Positions 37,484-45,339 of a DNA stretch of 64,000 nucleotides are shown here, piece by piece (position 1 is the stretch's first letter; the number at the start of each line of letters is the position of its first letter). Position numbers and translations under genes: made by a program. The notes below the pieces were generated by a model that worked only from the letters and a program-made list of their open reading frames with translations, was not told the DNA's origin and did not search any database. The DNA comes from Congzhengia sp. (GTDB lineage: Bacteria; Bacillota; Clostridia; UBA1381; UBA9506): positions 28,546 through 92,545 of the forward strand of contig JAZNSC010000008.1 in the NCBI GenBank assembly GCA_045591015.1. The letters run 5' to 3'.

Positions 37484-38500
37484 ATGGGTAACTATATTGA
37501 AAAAATCGGCGATTCTATTAGCAGAGCAGAGAAAAAAATAAGCGAAATCAGAAAACAAGATTCTCTTGTTTTTTCAATATTCACGGATTTACATACAGTA
37601 GATGCAGAGCATGAATATATGGATAGACTGATTTATGCATTAAAGCTTATCACAGATAAAATTGAATATGATGCAGTTATTGATCTTGGGGATAATTTTG
37701 CAATGTTAGGCAGAGATTTGCACATATCAAATGAAGAGTTGAGGGCACGTTTTAAAAGGATATTTTCTGCAATATACTCTGCAACAAATCATCCCATAAT
37801 AAATGTGAACGGGAATCACGATGCAATCGGAACAGATTTTTTTAAGGCTGATTTCTGGAATGATATAGTAAAAGGCAAATATGGGAATACTTCAGCAGTT
37901 TACGGCGATAGCGGTAGTTATTATTATGTAGACTATGAAAAGGCAAACACAAGACTTGTCATTCTTTCGCTTCCTTATGATTCAGACATTGAAAGCGAGA
38001 TGCCAACGCCGCTGTGGAAATTTGGAAAATGTCAGCTTGACTGGCTTAAGAATAGTGCGCTTAGCACAACAAAAGATGTTATTATTCTTTCTCACGTACC
38101 TTTTTATTATAGATATACAGGCAACAAAGAGGAAACACTTCCAGTGTGGGATGGTAAAAATAGTAAAAAGTCATACATCGCAGCACTTTGCGGTGAAATT
38201 GGAGATTTGGATGAAGCAATATCAATAGTAAATGAGTATTATAACAGAGATAACACAAGACTTGTTGCATGCCTTAGTGGGCATACTCACGAAGATTCAT
38301 TGCGGCTACCTGGTGAGCAAAAAGACGAGTATAAAAATCCGCTACCTTGTTGCCAAATTGTAACTGAATCCACAGTATTATTTAATGGGAATGACCGAGA
38401 AATAGGGTTAAGCCTTGATATAGCAGTGTGGAATCCGTCGGAAGGAAAGCTTTATATGATTCGTGTTGGTGATGGTGAAGATAGGGATATATCCGTTTAA
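37484..38500 (+). CDS. metallophosphoesterase-family protein
   Basis: Calcineurin-like motifs 'FTDLH', 'LGDNF', 'NGNHD', 'SGHTHED'. Confidence 0.75.
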   Translation: MGNYIEKIGDSISRAEKKISEIRKQDSLVFSIFTDLHTVDAEHEYMDRLIYALKLITDKIEYDAVIDLGDNFAMLGRDLHISNEELRARFKRIFSAIYSATNHPIINVNGNHDAIGTDFFKADFWNDIVKGKYGNTSAVYGDSGSYYYVDYEKANTRLVILSLPYDSDIESEMPTPLWKFGKCQLDWLKNSALSTTKDVIILSHVPFYYRYTGNKEETLPVWDGKNSKKSYIAALCGEIGDLDEAISIVNEYYNRDNTRLVACLSGHTHEDSLRLPGEQKDEYKNPLPCCQIVTESTVLFNGNDREIGLSLDIAVWNPSEGKLYMIRVGDGEDRDISV

Positions 38501-38547
38501 AATTCATAGGATATGGCATGAAACAAATGATCATACGGCTTAAGTTT

Positions 38548-38572
38548 GCATCTAAACCCTACATCCCTTGTA
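38548..38572 (+). repeat. left copy of 25-nt direct repeat GCATCTAAACCCTACATCCCTTGTA
   Basis: 22/25 identical to 38761..38785. The two copies bracket the hairpin/8-mer array. Confidence 0.8.
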
Positions 38573-38573
38573 T

Positions 38574-38750
38574 GCGGTCTGTAAGACCGCAATGAATTGC
38601 CTTGCGGCATAAATTGAAATCTTGCGATTTCATGAATTGAGCCTAACGGCTCATGAATTGTGCTAACGCACATTAAAGGCAATTCAATTCATGATGTGAA
38701 ACATCAATTCATGGCGGAGCCAATTCATGACAACAAAGTTGTCAATTCAT
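38574..38750. repeat. mirrored array: (hairpin + ATGAATTG) x4-5, then (CAATTCAT + hairpin) x4
   Basis: ATGAATTG at 38592, 38632 and 38653, with degenerate copies at 38609 and 38672. The reverse complement CAATTCAT is at 38685, 38705, 38721 and 38743. Interleaved stems: GCGGTC/GACCGC, GAAATC/GATTTC, GAGCC/GGCTC, GTGC/GCAC, GATG/CATC, GGC/GCC, GACAAC/GTTGTC. Confidence 0.85.
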
Positions 38751-38760
38751 TTGTAGCTTG

Positions 38761-38785
38761 GCATCTAAACTCTACATCACTTATA
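38761..38785 (+). repeat. right copy of 25-nt direct repeat GCATCTAAACTCTACATCACTTATA
   Basis: See the left copy at 38548..38572. Confidence 0.8.
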
Positions 38786-38827
38786 AAAAAGATGTCGAAA
38801 AATATCGAAAGGAGAAAATGTGGTGAG

Positions 38828-38854
38828 AATTGCAATAAATTGCGTGAAAATTGC
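38828..38854 (+). promoter_or_regulatory. three phased AATTGC boxes (10- and 11-nt spacing), the last overlapping the -35
   Basis: AATTGC at 38828, 38838 and 38849. Confidence 0.5.
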
Positions 38855-38882
38855 AAGAATATATATATATATATATTATAAT
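38851..38882 (+). promoter_or_regulatory. candidate promoter of the multi-CBM esterase gene with an (AT)9 tract in the spacer
   Basis: TTGCAA 38851..38856, (AT)9 38859..38876, TATAAT 38877..38882 (20-nt spacer). An alternative -10, TATTAT, lies at 17-nt spacing. Confidence 0.5.
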
Positions 38883-38926
38883 ATTAGCGGGGATATTATA
38901 AAACAATGATGAAAGTAGGTAAACTT

Positions 38927-41900
38927 ATGAAAAAAATCTTATCGATAGTAATGTGCGTAGCTTTACTTATGAGTGTTATGTTTGTGATTCCTGTAAGTGC
39001 AGCAGCAACAAGCGACACATACTATATGAACGATTTTGAAAACGGAAGGGAAAACATCAGCAGTTGGTCAGACCACAACAGAGTGACTCTGGCTGCAGGC
39101 GGTGCATACGGTTCAAAGTATGCAGGTCGTGTAGTTGCAGATGACTACAACTACGGCTCTGACATTTTAAAGTATGGTGCAGGAACTGCGCAAAGATTTG
39201 AAGCACATTCCGGAGAAATCTTCGAGGCTTCTATGCTTATGAAGCTAGAAACACCTCAGGCGGCAGATAGTGCCGGTCAATGTATGCTTATTCTCTGGAC
39301 GGACGGTACAATTTCAGGTACCGCTACATACAAAATTATAATAAGCAGTTTTGATAAAACTTCAACAGACTGGCAGAGAGTAAACTTCAAATACATCTTC
39401 ACACAGGATGTGCTTGATGACCCTGCAACAACAAGTAAATTCGAAGGCATCAAAAAAGTAGAAATCCGTATGAATGGTGGTGTATCAAACAAAGCAGCAG
39501 ATGGTACAACAAAGTGTTCTTACCTGATTGATGACCTTGAAATGTACATCAAAAAAAATGACGGCAGAATCAAATACACCACAAGTTTTGAAACGAGTGA
39601 CACATTGGCTGTCCTTTCTTCAGGCGGAAAATACACCGCGCAGAAAGTAACAACAGAAGCTCATACAGGTGCCCAGTCTACATTAGTTACAGTAAATAAC
39701 GAAGCAGGTATGTATGCTTACAAAGCAGACATCAGAAACAATGGTGCCAACATCACAGTACCTGTAGAAAAAGGTACAGAAATTACAGTTACCGCATATA
39801 TCAAACTCCATCAGGCATTTAAATCTTCATCTTCAGGTACTTTTGCCGTTATGTCTTATTTCAACAAGGCAGTTGATTTAGATGGCGATGGAAATGCTAC
39901 AAACGGCTACAGATTCTTTACCGGAAAAATAGCCGACGTAACAAATACAACCGACTGGCAGAAAATTACCGCATCTTATACATGGCCCATAGATACTGTG
40001 GCTGAACTTAATTCATGGGAATTGCGTCTTGCAGACGACAATATCTTACCTGACGGCACAAGCAGCGCTCCCGGCGAGAGAAAATTCTATGTAGACGACC
40101 TTACAATAGAAACAAAATATGTAAACCCTAACGCTTGTAAATTCAGCAGTGAAGCAGGCGAGACTAATTACATAGGTACAGGCACAAACTACAATGTAGC
40201 AACAGTGAATACTACAAGCCGCACAGGCGAAAAATCTGCACTTGTTACAGTAGCAAATAAATCCGGAATGTATAATTACGAAGCGCTTTTGAGAAAAAGC
40301 GGCGGTGCAAACCTGAACATTGCAGTAGCAAATGGTGATACTCTCACAATTTCGGCATATATCAAACTCTATCAGGCGTTTGATGCATCATCTTCAGGCA
40401 CATTTGGATTTTTGTCATACATCAGCCCTGCTGTTGACTTTGACGGTGACGGCAATGCTGCAAACGGATATAGAATCTTTACTGCAAGTATTGCAGATGT
40501 AACAAATACAACTGACTGGCAGAAGATCTCTGTTACATTCCCGTGGTCATATGGAAGCACTACATTGACACAGTGGGGATTGCGTCTTGCAGATGCCAAC
40601 ATCTTACCCGGTTGTACAACAAGTGCTCCCGGTGAGAGAAAATTCTATGTTGATGACTTAAAGATAGAAATAACAAATGCAAACACCAAACCCACACCAC
40701 CTGAACTTTCAGATGTTAAAGAATCAGGTACATTCAAACTTGGTGAGCAAGTGGGAGTTCAGTATGATTTTGAGGCGTCAGGCGGAGCAACAGACCAATC
40801 TGTAATCAAACTTATGTCAGGAAGTGTAGGCAAGAGTGCGTGTATTGCGACACTTAATCCCGGTGGTACAATTACAGTAACATCCGATATGCTTGGTAAA
40901 GAGTACTACTGGGAAATTCTTCCCATTGCCTCAAACGGACTCTATGGCGATAAAGTAATACTTTATGCTACCAAACCTGAATTCGGTGACTTTAAGATTT
41001 ATAACTTTGAAGATGAAGACACACTCGACATCGAAGGTGCAACAATATCAGAAAATGGTTACCTCGGTACAAACGGTCTTGCTGTTAGTTCTGATTCTAT
41101 AACATTTGCAACGACATTAGACCCTGATTTTGCATACAGCATTTCAGCCAAGGTAAAAGCATCAGACACACCTGTTGCAACCTTTGCAATGAGTGATTCA
41201 AATACTTTCAATGATGTTGATATGACTGTTACACAGCTTGAAAACAGCTGGTACAAATTAACTCTTGATAACTATAATTTCAACACAGCAAACAATACAA
41301 ACTACGGTGCAAACCAACTTGGTGTAAAAGCAAAAATCACGTTTGGTGCGACAGATAACTACATTTTAGACGATATCGTTATCAAGCCTTACGAAATGGA
41401 AGTAAGCTCTGACGATTCTGTTGTTCTTCCTGCCAACGGTAAAATTTTTGACACAGTAAATGCTACTGTTAATACAACATCAGATAATGTATACTACATT
41501 TTTGAAGTTGCAGAAAACGGCACAGACTGGGCAATTACAGACTTTGGCATCACATCAGGTAAGACAATACCTTACTATATGGACGATGATGCGGCAGGCA
41601 AAAACTTGCGCGTTACAGTTTACACAAGCGGTGCAACATATCAGTATGCGGTGTCAAATGTGTTACAGGAAACCACAACCGATCTGGTAGCATCTGAAAT
41701 AAAAGTTACAAACTCATCAGGAAAAGAAGTAGAGGATGTAAAATCCGGCATACTTACAACAACAGTATCGGTTTATAATCCTTATGACGAAGCAAAGACT
41801 GTAACACTTTACAATGCAGTATATACCACTGTGCCCGTAAAACTTGCTGTTCTTCAGCCTAAGGAAGTAACTGTAGCAAAGGGCACAACCGTTATAACTG

Positions 41901-42925
41901 ATACAGTTGACCTGACAGATGTTTCTCACTACTCACAGTACACACATTGCCTGAAGACTTTTGTTTGGAACGAGTATATTCCGATTGGTCCGTCAAAGGA
42001 AACAGCGGCATGCGAACTCATTGATGGTGCAGTTTACAATATGTATATCGACGAAAGCATCGAAACCGTTGAAGGTATCGTAATGATGAACCAACACGGC
42101 GAATCGGGAAGTTACGCTACAAATGCTAAATTCCGTCAGTTCTGTAAAGAGAGAAACCTTGCAATATTTGACTTCTATGACGGGGCTGCAGGAAATCTCA
42201 AATACTGGCACAATGAAGATTTTGCGATGGAAGTATTAAATACAAAAATCGCAGAAATAGCATACAAAACAGGTCACCCCGAACTCAACTATGTTCCTAT
42301 AGCAACACTCGGTCACTCAAACGGTTGTGTAGCGGCAGGCAGAATAGCAAAACTCAACCCCGAAAGAACATTCGCAGTACTTTGCTTTAAATCTGCTTAT
42401 CCCTATCAGTTTGAATTTGATGAGTTGGTAGAAGCAAAAGTTCCGGTATTTATAATCACAGGCGAAACAGACTGGGATTGGGGTTATCACGGACAGATTC
42501 ACGCAGCAGAAAGAATAGTTAAAGCCGGCGGTGTGGCAACATATGTACAGCAGAAAAATGCAGGTCACGGCAATATGACCACAGCAGAAGATATTATGCT
42601 TGCATTCTTAGATGAAGCTTATAAAGCAAAGGTTAAAAATGCAACTGTGGTAAATGGTGTAACAGTAATGCCTGAAATTGATCTTGAAAGCGGCTACATA
42701 GGTTACGGCACATATACAGAAACAGTAGAACCCAAGTGGAACTATGATGCAAATGGATATGTAGACGAAACTGTTTATGTATACGAAAATCCCACGTACA
42801 TCCCTTATGCAGAGGCTCAGGAAATAATCAAAAACGACAGTAGTTTCCTTGCTCAGTCATGGCTCTTCAATGAAGACTTTGCTAAAAAATGGGTAAACTT
42901 CATAAATAAAGGCACAATTAACTAA
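38927..42925 (+). CDS. large secreted protein: three CBM4_9/CBM22-like modules, Ig-like middle region, C-terminal alpha/beta-hydrolase (esterase) domain
   Basis: Signal peptide 'MKKILSIVMCVALLMSVMFVIPVSAAA' from ATG 38927 (ORF open from 38906). CBM-like modules end in 'YLIDDLEMY', 'FYVDDLTIE' and 'FYVDDLKIE'. Nucleophile elbow 'GHSNG' is encoded at 42311..42325. Confidence 0.8.
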   Translation: MKKILSIVMCVALLMSVMFVIPVSAAATSDTYYMNDFENGRENISSWSDHNRVTLAAGGAYGSKYAGRVVADDYNYGSDILKYGAGTAQRFEAHSGEIFEASMLMKLETPQAADSAGQCMLILWTDGTISGTATYKIIISSFDKTSTDWQRVNFKYIFTQDVLDDPATTSKFEGIKKVEIRMNGGVSNKAADGTTKCSYLIDDLEMYIKKNDGRIKYTTSFETSDTLAVLSSGGKYTAQKVTTEAHTGAQSTLVTVNNEAGMYAYKADIRNNGANITVPVEKGTEITVTAYIKLHQAFKSSSSGTFAVMSYFNKAVDLDGDGNATNGYRFFTGKIADVTNTTDWQKITASYTWPIDTVAELNSWELRLADDNILPDGTSSAPGERKFYVDDLTIETKYVNPNACKFSSEAGETNYIGTGTNYNVATVNTTSRTGEKSALVTVANKSGMYNYEALLRKSGGANLNIAVANGDTLTISAYIKLYQAFDASSSGTFGFLSYISPAVDFDGDGNAANGYRIFTASIADVTNTTDWQKISVTFPWSYGSTTLTQWGLRLADANILPGCTTSAPGERKFYVDDLKIEITNANTKPTPPELSDVKESGTFKLGEQVGVQYDFEASGGATDQSVIKLMSGSVGKSACIATLNPGGTITVTSDMLGKEYYWEILPIASNGLYGDKVILYATKPEFGDFKIYNFEDEDTLDIEGATISENGYLGTNGLAVSSDSITFATTLDPDFAYSISAKVKASDTPVATFAMSDSNTFNDVDMTVTQLENSWYKLTLDNYNFNTANNTNYGANQLGVKAKITFGATDNYILDDIVIKPYEMEVSSDDSVVLPANGKIFDTVNATVNTTSDNVYYIFEVAENGTDWAITDFGITSGKTIPYYMDDDAAGKNLRVTVYTSGATYQYAVSNVLQETTTDLVASEIKVTNSSGKEVEDVKSGILTTTVSVYNPYDEAKTVTLYNAVYTTVPVKLAVLQPKEVTVAKGTTVITDTVDLTDVSHYSQYTHCLKTFVWNEYIPIGPSKETAACELIDGAVYNMYIDESIETVEGIVMMNQHGESGSYATNAKFRQFCKERNLAIFDFYDGAAGNLKYWHNEDFAMEVLNTKIAEIAYKTGHPELNYVPIATLGHSNGCVAAGRIAKLNPERTFAVLCFKSAYPYQFEFDELVEAKVPVFIITGETDWDWGYHGQIHAAERIVKAGGVATYVQQKNAGHGNMTTAEDIMLAFLDEAYKAKVKNATVVNGVTVMPEIDLESGYIGYGTYTETVEPKWNYDANGYVDETVYVYENPTYIPYAEAQEIIKNDSSFLAQSWLFNEDFAKKWVNFINKGTIN
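39575..40669 (+). repeat. in-frame tandem duplication of a ~179-aa CBM-like module (39575..40111 and 40136..40669)
   Basis: The modules align end to end, e.g. 'IADVTNTTDWQKI', 'LRLAD.NILP', 'TSAPGERKFYVDDL', 'YIKL.QAF..SSSGTF'. Confidence 0.85.
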
Positions 42926-42928
42926 TTT

Positions 42929-42959
42929 TAAAGCCATCGCTTTCGCGATGGCTTTTTTA
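42929..42959. terminator. bidirectional rho-independent terminator
   Basis: Stem AAAGCCATCGC/GCGATGGCTTT with loop TTTC and a T-run, located between convergent genes. Confidence 0.85.
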
Positions 42960-42962
42960 TGT

Positions 42963-44633
42963 TCAATTTTCTGTAAAGAAATCCTCATCATACGCAAGTT
43001 TTATAGCATCAAAAGTTTCCACATCAACAATACCCGTAGGTGCAATGTTTCTTTCTTCCTGAAAAACTCTTACTCTTTCTGTTGTCTGCGCACCGAAAAT
43101 GCCGTCAGGAATACCTGGTAAATCTTTATCCTGATTTATAATTCGGAGCATATACTGAACAGAATATATGGGACGGCCATTGAGTTCATCGACGGAAATT
43201 GCAATTCCGCGCACCTCGTCTTGCATACCTTCTTTTAAATCATAACCGGGATATTGACCGAATTGAGCCTGTGTGTTATCTGTAACCATTCGTCTCATTC
43301 TTTCAATGCCGTTCCAGGTATTTTCGTCTACAGTACCGTTTTGGGGCAGATTTAATCTGTTCTGTATTTCCATTACGGCGTTTCTTGTATTAGTACCGAA
43401 ATTACCCGTAGTGTTAACTGGTAAAGCATTTGCAAAAACGGGTACTACATCGTTTATGTGGTTTTGCAGGGTCATAACAGCATTGCCCCTTGCGCCTACT
43501 GACAAAGGTATACCTGGGTACTGTACTGATGTAGGATTTGTACTGAATTCTTGTGACCTGCCCTCGGCAATATAAATACCTTTTATTGCATTATACATAC
43601 TCTCCCAGGTAAGAGGGCCTACCACACCATCAACAGGCAATCCATACACACGCTGAAAAGCAGAAACAGCCTGTGTAGTTGCAGGACCGTAAACTCCGTC
43701 TGGCGAAACAGAAGGTACTGTCTCGTAATATTCAGACAATAGGTTTAACATCTGTTGAAGAATCAAAACACCTTCGCCTGCGTCACCTTCTTGCAATGCT
43801 TCAGGGTATTCTAACGATAATCCAAATATAACATCACCTCGGGCGTTAAGTTCGTTTAACCTGTTTATCCCCGTAAAGAGATTTACGAGTTTATACCAGG
43901 TGGCACGACCTACTACGCCATCAGGCGTAAGGTTGAAAATTCTCTGGAAAGTCCTTACGGCATTTTCAGTTGATTCGCCAAAAACCGCCCCCGTGGGAAC
44001 TTTGGGAATAGCGGGGTAGTTGGTGGAAATAGCATTGAGAAGAATCTGTACTCTCTGTACATCAGGACCTACATCGCCTAATCGTATAGGAGTTCCGGGA
44101 TAGGATTCGCCTACTGATTCTACGGGAACATTGGAGATGATATTTACATCGTCGCCGTAGTAATAACGTATAATCTGAAATGGCAGATTTCCTTGATTCG
44201 CAAGGGTTACCGTGCCCCACTGAGAAAGCCCGGAACAAGTTACTGTGGTACCGTTGCAGAATTGGGAAGCCAAAGGCTCGATAGCACCATCGCGACGCAA
44301 ATATGAGTCAAAAATATCATCAACAATATCGCTGATATTTTCAAAAATAGTTCTTCCATAAACAAACGCCTGGTCAAACTGCGTTGTGTTGGTTATGTCA
44401 AAGTTGTATCCGCGACTTCTGTAGAATTCCGTATAAATTTTATTAAGGGCAAAAGAAATCTGTGCATAGATATTTGCGCGCAACGCACTTTCGGGCCAGG
44501 TGGGATAAATTTCACTTGATGCCACGTTTTTAATGTAATCAATAAATGGAACTGTTACATTCTGGGCAGCGGAGTCAGGGGGTCCTAAATGTACGGTTAT
44601 AAATTCGGGAATTACCGGTGTTATTTCTGGCAT
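42963..44633 (-). CDS. peptidoglycan-binding protein with four PG_binding_1 repeats and a conserved N-terminal domain
   Basis: AAGGAGG RBS. Four repeats of the type 'G..G..V..LQ..LN.......PDG.FG..T..AV..FQ....L..DG.VG..TW'. Confidence 0.8.
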   Translation of the reverse strand: MPEITPVIPEFITVHLGPPDSAAQNVTVPFIDYIKNVASSEIYPTWPESALRANIYAQISFALNKIYTEFYRSRGYNFDITNTTQFDQAFVYGRTIFENISDIVDDIFDSYLRRDGAIEPLASQFCNGTTVTCSGLSQWGTVTLANQGNLPFQIIRYYYGDDVNIISNVPVESVGESYPGTPIRLGDVGPDVQRVQILLNAISTNYPAIPKVPTGAVFGESTENAVRTFQRIFNLTPDGVVGRATWYKLVNLFTGINRLNELNARGDVIFGLSLEYPEALQEGDAGEGVLILQQMLNLLSEYYETVPSVSPDGVYGPATTQAVSAFQRVYGLPVDGVVGPLTWESMYNAIKGIYIAEGRSQEFSTNPTSVQYPGIPLSVGARGNAVMTLQNHINDVVPVFANALPVNTTGNFGTNTRNAVMEIQNRLNLPQNGTVDENTWNGIERMRRMVTDNTQAQFGQYPGYDLKEGMQDEVRGIAISVDELNGRPIYSVQYMLRIINQDKDLPGIPDGIFGAQTTERVRVFQEERNIAPTGIVDVETFDAIKLAYDEDFFTEN

Positions 44634-44646
44634 GCTGCAACCTCCT

Positions 44647-45114
44647 TTATAAATTCTGTCTTGGAATGATGACAGTTCTGTCTATGTCACCATTTGAAAA
44701 TTCTGGAATCGGGATAAGATTTACGGGCAAAAGTGTTAAATTATCGCCAAAAACCTGAACATTTTCGATGACGGCGGTAAAATAATCAGGGTGTGTGATA
44801 GTAACCCTGTATTCAGCAAAAGGAATGCTCTGAGTCGGCTCTTGTGAAGCAGAGGCTGGGGGAGCCGCCAATGTGAATGCGATGGTTCTACCGCTTCTGT
44901 CAGTATCTGATGAAAGTTCTTCTTGCGTTGTTCCATTTTCTGCTGCAACTGTGACTGTAGCATTAACAACAGGCAACAACTGATTTGCGGTAAATACACT
45001 TACAACCAACTGTCCCTCACTGCTGTCGGCAAACTCAGTGTTAGTTATCTGTGTGTCGTTCTGTTCTGTGTTTTGCTCATTGGTATTTGGTGTTTCGTAA
45101 TAGTTCTCAGGCAT
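44647..45114 (-). CDS. carboxypeptidase-regulatory-like (Ig-like beta-sandwich) domain protein
   Basis: ATG 45114 preceded by AAAGGAA. 'QLVVSVFTANQLLPVVNATVTV...YRVTITHPDYFTAVIENVQVF' is a CarboxypepD_reg-like pattern. The longer ORF to 45183 lacks an RBS. Confidence 0.65.
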   Translation of the reverse strand: MPENYYETPNTNEQNTEQNDTQITNTEFADSSEGQLVVSVFTANQLLPVVNATVTVAAENGTTQEELSSDTDRSGRTIAFTLAAPPASASQEPTQSIPFAEYRVTITHPDYFTAVIENVQVFGDNLTLLPVNLIPIPEFSNGDIDRTVIIPRQNL

Positions 45115-45339
45115 AGATTGTTCCTTTCTGCTATAATGATGTGATAATTTATATGTATTTGATTTGCCAAAAATTACACACATAATTTGCGGAACAAAAG
45201 AAAACTTTTTTCGTTTAAAGTAATGTGAGCAATGGCTTGCGACATACAGGGTATTAACCCATAAAATATTTTTTAAGCACCACTTAAGACTTCATCGGAC
45301 CAGACGCAAAATTTAAAAATTTTAAGGAGGAAAACTTAA

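Noticed and set aside
38574-38750. Could the repeat/hairpin array be a degenerate CRISPR array?
   Set aside because: The repeated unit is only 8 nt and appears in both orientations. The intervening segments are 9-17 nt self-complementary hairpins rather than 30-40 nt spacers. No cas genes or leader are present in the window.
38497-38881. ORFs 38497..38682 (-, 61 aa) and 38660..38881 (+, 73 aa) inside the repeat region
   Set aside because: Both are read straight through the 8-mer/hairpin array, giving repetitive 'IHE'/'IHD'/'QFM' artefacts. They lack RBSs and the plus-strand one runs into the (AT)9 promoter. I treat the region as non-coding.
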